Part shown: in pieces, positions 1 through 12,428 of the stretch
Numbering within the stretch: the stretch's first letter is position 1
How the letters are laid out: every line of letters begins with the position of its first letter
The notes under the pieces: model-generated
The model's input: the letters and a program-made list of their open reading frames with translations, nothing else
Told to the model about the DNA's origin: nothing
Database searches by the model: none
Program-made: the position numbers and the translations under genes
Assembly: GCF_963921235.1 (NCBI RefSeq)
Contig: NC_086097.1
Span: 70,248,001 to 70,312,000 of the forward strand
DNA: 64,000 nucleotides
Direction of reading: 5' to 3'
Source of the DNA: Mobula hypostoma
Taxonomy: Eukaryota

Positions 1-75
1 ATATTCTTAACATCAGTTAAACCTTTCCATTTCAGATATATAAAAAGCCACTTTAATCAAAAAGCCATTAATTAC

Positions 76-166
76 CTGGCATACTCTGTCAACATTTTCT
101 TCTGTTGGCATTATAAAATAAATTGCTGGAACATCTGGAATCGGATCTCTGTCAGAGTGCAATAAC
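76..166 (-). CDS. SCFD1: SCFD1 (Sly1 homolog) coding exon 4
   Basis: 91 bp, tttttcag|...|gtaat. Translates [30 protein letters not shown], matching the SCFD1/Sly1 N-terminus. Gene continues beyond window start. Confidence 0.95.
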
Positions 167-863
167 CTGAAAAATTGTAATTACAAATTAAAACCAAATA
201 CTACAGATTATACCTAACATACTGATATACAGGGAAAATAACTTCCCCAGAAATAAAGCACAACAAATCTAACATTAGATTTATACAAATTATGTATTTT
301 GAAAGTTTTGAAAACTAATGGTGTATTTTCCCATGACTTATGGATTATTAATGTAGTCCTAAATGAATAATCTAAGCACTACGCTTCATGAAACTTCCGT
401 TGTTATTTAAGAGTGTCTAAGCAAGACAGCAACTGTACAGCATGCAGTTACTCAAAGGTGTAATTATGTTGACCAAAATGGCAAACCAAAATCTAATGTT
501 TACTTGCATTTTATTCACTAAATGAAAAAAACAAAACAAATTTATGAACTCCGAACAGCAAAGAATATCGTCAACATATCTACTAATTTTAACATGACTG
601 TGCTTAAGGTAGTATAGGCAGTCTATAAAGAGATTGTTCATATTCTTCATTTCTAAAAATCAACCATAGAACCATGCAAATCTGGTCCAGTTATTTTTTA
701 AATCGTTCAGGCCAATAAAACAGTCTAATTGAGAACAATTGTTTCAATTAGGATAATGATAACTAATTTAAGATATTTGAGGGAAAAACCCTTCCTTAAA
801 ACATGTCTTACTCCATTATGTTCTAACTTTAAATTCAGTTGTCCAAGATTAAATTAATCTTAC

Positions 864-952
864 AGGTGTAAAGTGATGCCCATATCTCTCAATTCTTTCA
901 CAGAGAGTAACGGTGAAATGATGTCTTGACCAAATCGGTCGTAGATCAGAAT
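864..952 (-). CDS. SCFD1: SCFD1 coding exon 3
   Basis: 89 bp, ctgtag|...|gtaaga. ILIYDRFGQDIISPLLSVKELRDMGITLHL; phase-consistent with exons 2 and 4. Confidence 0.95.
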
Positions 953-2013
953 CTACAGAAGAAACAATTATATTAGAAACAAAGAATTATGGCTTAAAGA
1001 ATAACACTTTTTTTTCTTTATATTAATGTGAATGCAGATTACTGCAGAGGTTGTGACTTTGAAACAAAAGACCAGAAGATCATCCATGGAAAAATAAAGT
1101 TTATGTTTCAGATCAAAGAGTTGGGGAAAAAAAACCCAGAAGTTTTAAGATGTAAGAAAAGGGGAAGGGCACAGGGAAGGACAAAGAGAAATCTGAAACA
1201 ACTAAATTGATAATGATGCAAGGAAATGGATTGGTCAAGAGAACAAAACAATGGCAATAACAAAATTCTCTGAAATTATAATATAGAGTCCAGAAGGTTG
1301 TTTTGTACTTAGTTGAAAAATAAGGTGCTCTTCTTAAGGTTTTTGGAGCTGTGTAGTAGGTTGAAGACAAAGGCCAAAGTGGGTGTGGAAATAAGAGTTT
1401 TAAGTAACAAGTACCCAGAGTTTAGGTTCAAGTTTGTGGATTAGTTTGGCCAGAAACTATCAGCATAATGACTTCCACCCATCATACATCTTCCCTTTGA
1501 TATTTTGCTCTCATCTCCACATGCATCCTAAAAAAAAATTGCTTTTATCCTTAATGTTTTTGTTGACCCAAAACATTAATTTAGATTCTCTCACCAGATG
1601 TTGCATAGCCTGCTGAATATCTCCAGCATTTCTGGCTTTCATTCATTAATACTAGTATTCCAGTGTTAGAAGCTTGTCCACTGATACACCAGTCCTACTG
1701 TCAACAAATACACTATAAATACTCCCAAATTTTATTTTTGTCACTACCAAAAAATATGTGCATTAAACTCGAGTGATACTGCTTTAAAATTAAGTAGAAA
1801 TACAAGTGCAAACAGTTTTAATTAAATCTGGTTATTGTATCCAATCAGATTTTTCTTAGCTGACACAATTTCAATCTTTTTGTCTTTGCCAAATTAATAG
1901 TGAGCTGAATGGAGTTAGAAAATACAATACTTTAAAAACTTAGCTTAAGAATTTTAATGATCAAGTTGTTTTATATGTGTTGACATTTGCCAACAGTCTA
2001 GAAATTCCCTCAC

Positions 2014-2084
2014 CTTCCATACTGGTTCTGTGGTGCTGTTTTTAACTGGAATGACATTGAAGTTTAACATTCGTTTTAGAGCAG
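2014..2084 (-). CDS. SCFD1: SCFD1 coding exon 2
   Basis: 71 bp, ttacag|...|gtgagg. (A)ALKRMLNFNVIPVKNSTTEPVWK. Confidence 0.95.
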
Positions 2085-2859
2085 CTGTAAAATAAAAGAA
2101 AAATAACCACTTAAGAGCTATTACTAAATTTCAAAGAATTACAAGTGCATATATTTCTACAGTACTGTCGCATTTTGCAATGATTAATTTAAAACAAACA
2201 ATAAGAAAAGTTCCTGAAACTTCTTGTAGTTTAATACAAAGAACATGTTACCACAGGTATTCTGGGGTTTGCGGACTTTCTTGTGCCCAATACTTGCAGG
2301 AGAAAAAAAAATGAGCAGGAAATTAACTGCTTAGTGATTAATTACTTTTGCATTATATTTGGACACAACAACGTGTATTTGGTATATAAGTAAAGCTTGA
2401 ATATAGGACATTTTCAAAACATGAATGAATTTATGGCAAGAAAATTGACTTAGATGTTGTAGAGTTGTGAAAGATAAAATAAAATCACCGAGCTCCTTTG
2501 TTCTCTGAAGCCTTTGATTTCTTAGCATTAATTAAAAGTTTCTCATTGTGTGAGAGCAGCAGTCTAAGAGTTTTTTTTCCCACAACAAAGAACTTGGAGG
2601 GAAACAGGGATTGCATTAATATGCTATTAAAATATTACTTAAACAAAAACACTAGCTCTAAACTGATTGCTTGGATCAAGCCAATTTGTTAAAAATAATA
2701 CTGAATAATAATGTCTTTTTTTGTTCAAATAATATTCCAAATATTACAACATTACTTAAGCATTCTATTAGTAATATATTGTAGTTTATTAAAAGTTTAA
2801 CGTAAACACTTTTGTGACCTCAGAATATCCCAAGGCGCTTTGCATCAATAAAAAAATCC

Positions 2860-3285
2860 AAAAGTTCAGAAGTAAATGTAATTACAAAGTTTACATATGT
2901 CACCATATACAACCCAGAGATTCATTTTCCTGTGTGTATTCCCAGCAATTCTATAGAATAGTAACTATAACAGGATCAAGGAAATATCAACTAGAGTGCA
3001 GAAGACAACAAACTGTGCAAATGTAAATATAAATAAATAGTAGTAAATAATGAGAACATGACATAACAAGATGAAGAGTTCTTAAAGTGAGATAATTGGT
3101 TGTGGGAACATCTCAATGGATGGGCAAGTGAGTGTAGTTATTCCCTTTGACAAGAGCCTGATAGTTGACTGGTAGTAACTTTTCTTGAAACTGCTGGTGC
3201 TGAGTCCTGAGGCAATTCTACCTTCTACCTGCTGGCAGTAGCGAGAAAAGAGCATGGCCTGGGTGGTGGTGATCTCTGATGATAA
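2860..3285 (-). mobile_element. Rex1/Babar-like LINE 3' fragment
   Basis: Minus-strand ...STSSFKKSYYQSTIRLL C-terminal motif and a 3' tail shared with the 51996-52816 element. Confidence 0.7.
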
Positions 3286-4084
3286 ATACTTCAAAAATAA
3301 GTATTTTTGAAATGTGGTCACTATTGTAATGTCAAAGTGCATTTAGGAAACTCAAAAAAATCTAATCAAGTAACATTTCCTGCATTGCGATAAAGACCAA
3401 ATTAACTGATTTAGCAATATTGGTTGAGTGATTAGTGCCCAGGACATCAAGGAGGATTCTCTTGCTTGTTCTCAGAATAATAAATGGAATGTGATTTATT
3501 TTTGTAATTATTTATGCATATGTTATTAGCCAGTGCTGCATAATTATTCATACGTATGTCATGAACAAGTGTAGCGTTTCTAATTTCCCCTGATTTAAGC
3601 AGTCCTCTGTGTCATTCAAAAATAAAGAGTAAATCCATAGCTGTGTACTTGGGATCACTTATAAATCAAAATGTATAAGTGACAAACTTCCTTAGCTGAA
3701 GCGCATTCATAAACAGCTTTCAAAGTTTAATAGTGTCGCAATTATGACAAGTTATACCAAGTTTTTTATTTCAGCGTTATTTGATTACTTGAATTTAAAT
3801 ATTCTCACTGCTGTGGAGGAGATTCAAAACAAAGCCTCCAGATAAACTTGCCAGACCTTGCATGTTCTTTATCAGTAACTTAACCACCGAATACAAACAG
3901 ATAATTTCTGTCATTATTCTATGAGGGTTCATCGTGTCCTAGTTTAACACCTTTTTATAATGCTTCACCAGAGCATCAGCAAGTTCAACCTTCGAATTTT
4001 AAACCTTATGAGAAATGAGGGTGCTACCAGTGAAGCTGCAGTCAAAATGTCTGTACCAACAACATTAAATAATTTCCATGTACC

Positions 4085-4490
4085 AGTACAAAGATTCAAA
4101 GGTTCATTCATTATCAAACTATACAACTCTGAAATTCTTCTTCTCCAGATAGCCACAAAACCAACAAAAAGAATGGCAGCACAATCAACTTCCAAGTCCC
4201 TTCCCCGTGCACAAAAAGAAAAACAGGCACATTGACCCCCAAATCCCCTCCCCTGCATACAAGAAACAAGAAAGATTGGGTGAAAACACTGAATCTATAA
4301 AACTATAAGACACACAAAAAAAGTCTATTGTCTAAGTCCACACCCAAAATGCAGAATACCTAGGTAACATTCTTCAGCCACAGTGGCTGGCCTTTTTATC
4401 TCCAGCAGAGAGCAATCCCACCAGCGATCAAAAGGCAGTCTCCTCTCTCCGGCAGCAGAGCAATTCACCAGCGATCAAAAGGCAGCAAGC
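4085..4490 (-). mobile_element. Non-autonomous retroposon fragment with LINE-like tail and an internal ~40-bp tandem duplication
   Basis: Tail resembles the one at 8352. cagcagagagcaatcccaccagcgatcaaaaggcag is duplicated at about 4403-4486. Confidence 0.5.
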
Positions 4491-4789
4491 AAAGTTTGAT
4501 TTAGGAGACAAGAAATTCTAGGCATCACTCCCCAGTGCTTGTTTTTATCATTACACTTGTTTTTCCAATTTCACCTTTAGTTATTTCTGAACTGAGCAAT
4601 TTTCCTTCTGTGTATTTAATTTTAATGAACTGTTCTACCCGATAGTATCCAACTCTTCATTGATTAATTACCCACGATGTATTTGACCAATTTCCATTAA
4701 ATTTCTGAAAATGAGATGTGATCTCTGGGAACCACTTCTCCCACTTTCAACAGGAATCAAAACTGCTTGGTAGTTTTACTTTTTGAAAC

Positions 4790-5510
4790 AACTGGACCCT
4801 CTCCAGTGTCAGTACATCTTGTTTTAGATACGGTACAGTGCCCAAAACTGCTCACAATTGTCCAAATGTGGTCTGACCAATGCCTTATAAAGACTCAGCG
4901 TTACATCCTTGCTGTTATATTCTAATCCTCTCGAAATAAATGCTAACATTGCATTTGCCTTCCTCATGACTGACTCAACCTGCAAGTTAACCTGTAGAAG
5001 GATTCCTTTCAGACTTTTGAATTTTCTCATTTAGAAAAGTCTATGCTTTTATTCCTTCTATCAAAATGCATGATCATATACTTTCTGACACTGTATTCTA
5101 TCTGCCACTTCTTCGCCCATTCTATTAATCTTTCTAAATCTTTCTGCACCCTCTCTGCGTCCTCAACACCATCTGCCCCTCTACCTATCTTTGTGTCATC
5201 CGCAAAATTGGCCACAAAGGCTTCAATTCCATCTTCCAAGTCATTGATAGATAATGTACAAAGAAGCAATCCCAACACAGACCTCTGTGGAACACAACTG
5301 GTTACCGGCAGCCAACCAGAAAAACCTCTCATTATTCCCAATCTTTGCCTCCTGCCAGTCAGCCAATCTCTACTCATGCTAGTATCTTTCCTGTATGACC
5401 ATGGACTCTAATTTTGTTTAACAGCCTTATCTGTTGCACCTTGTCAAAGGACTTCTGAAAATCCAAGTAAACAACAGCCACTGACTCTCCTTTGTCTATC
5501 CTGCCTGTTT
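4790..5510 (-). mobile_element. CR1 LINE RT fragment
   Basis: VTSCVPQRSVLG, FADDTKIG and LYKALVRPHL motifs; frameshifted. Confidence 0.9.
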
Positions 5511-6089
5511 GTGAAAGTCCACAAATGACTGTAAATCTAAAGAGGAAACTTCAGGTCTAAAGTATTGTGGTGTGCAGAGTTCCCTTTCATATGAGCTATG
5601 AAACATAGAGCTCAGCACAAAGGTACCATTTCCCTTCAGTACTGTTGTTTGTTCATTCTAACTTAATTTTGACTTGCTGCAATAACTTACCATAACCTTA
5701 GAATTCCCAGCCTCTCAGAATTACATCCACGATGGAACCAAATATGAATTTGCTGTAAATTTGAAAACCAGACTTCACACATCATCTGAAATTTGTTGCT
5801 GCAAGAACAAAAGACTATCAGCTGCCAAACCATTCATTATAGATTGAAGCTGAAAATTGTTTTCACAGTACAATGTCTCATTTAAAAGGAGTAACATTGA
5901 AAGAATTTTAGCTGTCCCATGGTGGTAAAGATTCAGAAGAGGACTACCACCCCAGCAGTCAGTAGAACATTCCAGCGATGGGACAGGAATATTTTATCAA
6001 TTGGAAGTTTTGAAATCAGAAATCTAACTTATACTTCTCAAGTAAATGAATATATATCACATGGTAACCAACATTAACTTATATTAATA

Positions 6090-7377
6090 CAAGTTTCCCC
6101 GGCTATCCGAAGGTAGAGCATTCCTATGAAACGGCTCGCAAGCTGGAACGTCGTAAAGTGAATAAGCAATGACCATTTATCAACATGGGAAAAAATTTTA
6201 ATAACGTACAAAATCATGCCAAATAACACACAAAACCTAAAATAACAGTAACATATAGTAAAAGCAGGAATGATATGATAAATGCACAGCCTATATAAAG
6301 TAGAAATACTTTTCTGCAGCACTGTCTAGCACAGCGAAAATCTCACGGCAGCACTCTCGGCAAAAACATTCTCTCCAGTAACCTTTAAGCTATGAAGCTG
6401 TCAAATCATACCAAATAACACATAAAAATACACAGCCTGTATAAAGTAGAAATAATGTATGTACAGTGTAGTTTCACTAACCGGAATCAGGAAGACTCCA
6501 ATAAATTGCAGTTTCGTCACAGTTAAACACTTGCTTATACGAATAAGCACCCAACGCAATCAGCAATCGCCTCTGATCTGGGCCGACACTCACGTTCCGA
6601 GTGGCACCTAATTAATTAGCTTGTTTCTTTCGGCTTTTTTCTTAAAGATGTGCTGGGTGTGTCCTGACTACCGCTGTACCGCTGCATTCTACGTGGCCCG
6701 GAGGTTGGGGACCACTGCTTAAACTATGAAGCTGCCCTCGCCTCAGAAACCGATCAAACCACCCATGACTACCTTTAACTTCCACTTTCGCAACACTTTC
6801 TCCACCATCAACCAGAGCTTTCTGTTTCAGCTTATTAAAAAGACTGATTTCTCCTTGAGTATAAGAAAACTTAACGGAACACCACGCTTTGTACACCCAT
6901 CAATCCACTCAAGCAATAGACTTTCCATTTTATCCATTATTGGATACCAACTAAGAGAGACCACTTTGCTACGAGCAGAATCAACAGTAACATCGGCAGC
7001 TTTCAAAATTCTTTCTTTGCGTATAAATAGCGCGAATGGTGGACGCAGGCAAGTTCAACGCGCGGACAATGTCCTTACTTCCTTCACCACGATCGAAACG
7101 CTTAATTATGTATGTTCTTATGAGCTCTTTTAGGCTTTTCCAATACCTTAGAACTCATCTTGCTAACGGATGCGCAAAATAAATTGAGATAAAGCAGGTG
7201 TTTAAGCAATGCCGGCTAGAATGCAGTTCCGTGGGAGGAGCTTGGCTGTTCGGGCGCACGCTGCCTTTTCTCGTAACAGTGAAAACACCTTCTGTTAGTG
7301 AAAACAGGTAACTAACGTAGGTCTTTCGTAACAGCGAGGTGTCGTAAAGCAAACGTTCGGAAAACAGGGGCCACCTG
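6090..7377 (-). mobile_element. Tigger/pogo-type DNA transposon, internally deleted
   Basis: TA|caagtttccccggctatccgaa ... ttcggaaaacaggggccacctg|TA imperfect TIRs. Minus-strand CENP-B-type HTH remnant (LLEWIDG...KGSHGWFDRFLRR). Confidence 0.85.
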
Positions 7378-7502
7378 TATACTCTTCAATTGACCAAAGA
7401 CTGTTTTATTTTTATTGCAGAGATACATTGGAACCAAATAAGAATTTGCTATAAATTTGAAAACCACAGTTCACACATCATCTGAAACTTGCTACTACAA
7501 GT

Positions 7503-7715
7503 CCTTCAGGCCCACCAAGCCCATACTGTCCTATTATACCCACGTGACCAATTACATACTAAACCGTACATTTTTGGAATGAATGGGGAAAACCGAAGCC
7601 CCACAGAAAACTCACTTGGTCACAGGGAAAACATACAAACTTCTCTCAGACAGCGGCAGAATTGAACCTGGGTTACTGGAGCTGTAATAGCCTTATGCTA
7701 ACCACAATGCCACAC
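7503..7715 (-). mobile_element. tRNA-derived V-SINE (HE1-like)
   Basis: Minus strand: A box TGGCATTGTGG, B box GGTTCAATTC, V-domain-like AGTTTGTATGTTTTCCCTGTG, CR1-like tail. Confidence 0.8.
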
Positions 7716-8351
7716 ACAATGAAAAGAATGGGAAACTTCTTCATTCATGTCTATCTTAACTAAGAGGTTCACGTATTGCCCTCTTCAGTCACAAAATAAG
7801 TGACCAAAGCACACAGAAAATATGTTATCTTCAATACTTAGAAGCCATCATAGAAGACAAAAAGACAATATTAATAATAATGTCTTTAATTCTGTAATAT
7901 GTCCTAAAGTGCTTTTCAAAAATGTTACAATGCGAGATTAGACATATTAGGATAGGTGCCCAGTAGCTTGGCCAGGGCCAGAGATAGATTTTCACAAATG
8001 TTTGACAAGGAGTACGGGTGGAATATGCAGTAACTCCAAAGCTTCAGGCCGGATAGCTGAGGACATGATCACAAACTATAAACCAATTAAAATCTGGTAC
8101 AGTCAACAGGACAAATAAACGGAGCATCAGAGGAATTTCAAAGGGTTGTAAGGCCTGAGATTACAGAAATAAGGAGGTCAAGGTTGTTAAGTATTTCAAA
8201 TACGTGGAAGGAGAATTTACAACCAAGGCATTGTCAGAAACCAGTGAAAGCAAACAAGCATCAGGGTGATAGATAAACAGGATTTAGCAAGACATAGGAC
8301 ACATGTAGCAAAGCCTTCTATGAAGGCAAGTGTCTAAAGGGTGCCATACAA

Positions 8352-9070
8352 AAAGTTCAAAGTACATTTATTATTGAAGTATGTACACATTATACAACCT
8401 TGAGATTCAGGCAGCCACAAAACAAAGAAACCCAAAAGAACCCATTAAAAAAAGACCATTAAACATCCAATGTGCAGACAACAAAAAACAAACCCTGCAA
8501 ACAATATAGGTAAGCAAGTAGCATTCAGAACAAAAGTGAGTCCGTAGACACAGAGCCTGGAGCAGCTGGAGCAGACCTACATCTCAGTTCAGTGCAGAGC
8601 CGAGTAAACATCACAGAGCCTGGAGCAGAGTCTACATCTCAGTTCAGCGCAGAGCCGAGTACACATCGCAGAGCCCTCAGACACAGAGCCTGGAGCAGCC
8701 GGTGCAGACCTACGTCTCAGTTCAGCGCGGCGCCGAGTAAACATCGCAGAGCCCTCAGACACAGAGCCTGCAGCAGCCGGAGCAGACCTACGTCTCAGTT
8801 CAGCGCAGAGCCGAGTAAACATCGCAGAGCCTGGAGCAGGTCTACATCTCAGTTCAGCACAGAGCCGAGTAAACATCACAGAGCCTGGAGCAGGTCTACA
8901 TCTCAGTTCAGCGCAGAGCCGAGTAAACATCGCAGAGCCCTCAGACACAGAGCCTGAAGCAGCCGGAGTAGACCTACGTCTCAGTTCAGCGCGGAGCCCT
9001 CAGACACAGAGCCTGGAGCAGCCGGAGTAGGCCACGGCCACAGCCACAGCCTCAGCCTCCAGCAGAGAGA
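8352..9070 (-). mobile_element. Non-autonomous retroposon hosting an expanded minisatellite
   Basis: LINE-like 3' tail (plus-strand aagttcaaagtacatttattatt...) followed by a GC-rich body. Confidence 0.55.
8546..9030. repeat. GC-rich minisatellite with mixed 78-bp and 54-bp units
   Basis: Recurring cagagcctggagcag...ctac(a/g)tctcagttcagcgcagagccgagtaaacatc, about 7-8 units. Confidence 0.95.
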
Positions 9071-10905
9071 GTATTAGAACAAATGCATCCAAAGACAGGA
9101 AAAGCATGAAAAAGATTTCAGCAATTGATAACTAGTGATATTACTGAAACAAAAATTAATCATTGTACTAACAGAGCAATAAGCATTTGAGAAATCAGCT
9201 CTGCATCAAACACACCAGGGTTATGAAAAGTTGCTTCAGCAACATTTTTTTGGATGGGCTTAGTGGTCAATAAATTAAACTGAGCAGATTAAATAGTTTA
9301 ATTTATTTATATTCATCTATGGGAAATGTTTGCCCAACAGTTGACATCACAGTATGATAACTCCAAGATGCACAGGATCAGAGAGGGGATGGTGAGACAT
9401 CCAAATGTTACAGCTTACACAGATCATTTTTTTTTATTTATATGCCTGAGGAGAAAAGTACATGTGAAAGAAAAAGCAAACAAAAATGGATACCTCAGAG
9501 TCTTGAGAGATGGTACATGAATGGAAAGAGAAGTCATTGCAATTTATTCTCTGCCTAGTAACTGGAACATTAGAATAGTATAGTGCAGAAGTACTTTCAG
9601 CCATTTTTCAAGAGAGGTTGTTATAATCAGAGTCAGGTTTATTACCACTGACATGCACCATGAAATTTGTTGTTTTGTGGTAGAAGTGCAGAGCAATACA
9701 TAAAATATACTATAAATTATAATAAATATTTTAAAAAGTGCAAAAAGGGCATACAAGGCGAGGTAGTGTTCATGAGTTCACTGTCTCCATGTTTTTGCCC
9801 AATCACTCAATTGCAGTTACAGAATCACAATGTCCCCAGCACAAAACACTCTTCTACCTTTCTGTATCATCAGCAAACTTAGAAACCTTGTATTTCTTTC
9901 CCTCCTCCAGGTTATTAATGTAATAGAAAATGTAAACAGGGATGGGCTCAGAACCCACCTTGTGATACCCCACTGGTTATCAGCCTTAAAACAACCCACT
10001 TATACCAAGTCTTCGTTATATTGTTCAATGGGACATGCAGGTTTCTCTGAACATCCATATCATTCAAACTCATAACATGTGCAGGCTCTCCTTCACATGT
10101 ACCACACACTCCATGACAATCTAATGCTGGGATACTAACCACAATATTCTGATGGGAAAGACTCACAGCTTATGTAATATTTTCTAATCAGGATTTTTTT
10201 GTTTCGAGACAACTGCTCCATTCAGCATAGATCTCAGTGCTGGTTATAGTTAAGCTGAATTATACAGTGAATTCATTGATTTCAGAATTAGAATCGGGTT
10301 TAATATCACTAATGCCATGAAATTTGTTGTTTTGCAGTAGCAGTACAGTGCAATAGATAAATTACAATAATATATAAAAATAAATAAGTACTGCAAAAAG
10401 AATTAAAATTATGTCTGTTCAGAAATCTGATGGCAGAGGGGAGGAAGCTGTTCCTAAAATATTGAGTGTGCATCTTCACACTCCTGTACCTCCTTCCTGA
10501 TGGTAGTAATGAGAAGAGGGCATGTCCTAGATGGTGAAAGTCTTTAAGGATGGATGTTGCCTTCTTAAAGGCTGATTTATACTTCTGCGTAGGCTCTACG
10601 CCGTAGACTACGCAAGTGGCTTACGCTGTTGTGAGCATTTATACTTGCCCGTTGGTGTGTCTGTGTCGCTCTGCAATTCACCGCCAAAACGCTAGTTCGC
10701 GGTGGGGTTTCTATGCTACTGTGTTGAGTTTCTTTGTGTACTTTAAACAATGGTGACAAAACTGAGTGCATCATGTTGGAGTTGGCGCTAATAAATGTTG
10801 AACAAGAGTTACTTTTATTGAAATTGCTGCAACGCAGAAAAGAGAGAAGACGTCGGAGGAGATGGTGTGTACGACCATTGAACGGATTGAGGCAGAAGGA
10901 GGGTG

Positions 10906-12428
10906 GCTTTGTGGAACAATCTACGTTCCGTGCCTATTCTGGTATCTGTTCCCCACTTTTCCTTCGCTACATTGACGACTGCATTGGCACTGCTTCCTGC
11001 ACGCATGCGCAGAGCTCGTTGACTTTATTAACTTTGCCTCCAACTTTCACCTTGCCCTCAAGTTTACCTGGTCCATTTCCGACACCTCCCTCCCCTTTCT
11101 AGATCTTTCTGTCTCTGTCTCTGGAGACAGCTTATCCACTGATGTCTACTATAAGCCTACTGACTCTCACAGCTATCTGTACTATTCCCCTTCTCACCCT
11201 GTCTCTTGCAAAAACGCCATCCCCTTCTCGCAATTCCTCCGTCTCCGCCGCATCTGCTCTCAGGATGAGGCTTTTCATTCTAGGACGAGGGAGATGTCTT
11301 CCTTTTTTAAAGAAAGAGGCTTCCCTTCCTCCACTATCAACTCTGCTCTTAAATGCATCTCCCCCATTTCACATACATCTGCTCTCACTCCATCCTCCCG
11401 CCACCCCACTAGGAATAGGGTTCCCCTGGTCCTCACCTACCACCCCACCAGCCTCCGGGTCCAACATATTATTCTCCATAACTTCCGCCACCTCCAACGG
11501 GATCCCACCACTAAGCACATCTTTCCCTCCCCCACTCTCTCTGCATTCCGCAGGGATCGCTCCCTACGTGACTCCCTTGTCCATTAGTCCCCCCCATACC
11601 TCCCCACTGATCTCCCTCCTGGCACTTATCCTTGTAAGCGGAACAAGTGCTACACATGCCCTTACACTTCCTCCCTTACCACCATTCAGGGCCCCAAACA
11701 GTCCTTCCAGGTGAGGCAACACTTCACCTGTGAGTCGGCTGGGGTGATATACTGCGTCCGGTGCTCCCGATGTGGCCTTTTATATATTGGCGAGACCCGA
11801 CGCAGACTGGGAGACCGCTTTGCTGAACACCTATGCTCTGTCTGCCAGAGAAAGCAGGATCTCCCAGTGGCCACACATTTTAATTCCACATCCCATTCCC
11901 ATTCTGACATGTCTATCCACGGCCTCCTCTACTGTAAAGATGAAGCCACACTCAGGTTGGAGGAACAACACCTTATATTCTGTCTGGGTAGCCTCCAACC
12001 TGATGGCATGAACATCGACTTCTCTAACTTCCGCTAATGCCCCACCTCCCCCTCGTACCCCATCTGTTACTTATTTTTATATACACATTCTTTCTCTCAC
12101 TCTCCTTTTTCTCCCTCTGTCCCTCTGAATATACCCCTTGCCCATCCTCTGGGTGCCCCTCCCCCCCACTCCTTGTCTTTCTTCCCAGACTTCCTGTCCC
12201 ATGATCCTCTCGTATCCCTTTTGCCTATCACCTGTCCAGCTCTTGGCTCCATCCCTCCCCCTCCTGTCTTCTCCTATCATTTTGGATTTCCCCCTCCCCC
12301 TTTCAAATCCCTTACTCACTCTTCCTTCAGTTAGTCCTGACGAAGGGTCTCGGCCTGAAACGTCGACTGCATCTCTTCCTAGAGATGCTGCCTGGCCTGC
12401 TGCATTCACGCAACTTTTATGTGTGTTG
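10906..12428 (+). mobile_element. Penelope-like retroelement, 5'-truncated (RT + GIY-YIG endonuclease + terminal repeat)
   Basis: FLRYIDDCIG RT motif; VIYCVRCSRCGLLYIGETRRRLGDRFAEH GIY-YIG domain; pyrimidine-rich 3' UTR; hammerhead-bearing terminus. Confidence 0.92.
12333..12368 (+). ncRNA. Minimal type I hammerhead ribozyme motif in the PLE terminal repeat
   Basis: agtc-CTGACGA-agggtctcggcct-GAAA-CGTC^gact: intact core, stem I agtc/gact, stem II, palindromic ACGT in place of stem III. Confidence 0.8.

Noticed and set aside
7640..7715. tRNA gene
   Set aside because: The A/B boxes belong to a SINE head followed by a V-domain and LINE tail; no full cloverleaf.
8589..8957. Overlapping 119-aa and 121-aa repetitive ORFs; possible CRISPR-like array
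   Set aside because: The ORFs result from repeat units that are multiples of 3. There are no unique spacers and the context is eukaryotic.
10734..11102. 122-aa ORF joining an Arg-rich segment to YIDD
   Set aside because: Chance in-frame junction of the Harbinger transposase start and the inserted PLE RT; it frameshifts shortly afterwards.
12040..12330. Polypyrimidine tract with triplex/G4 potential
   Set aside because: Standard PLE 3' UTR; an equivalent tract occurs in the 34440-34710 copy.
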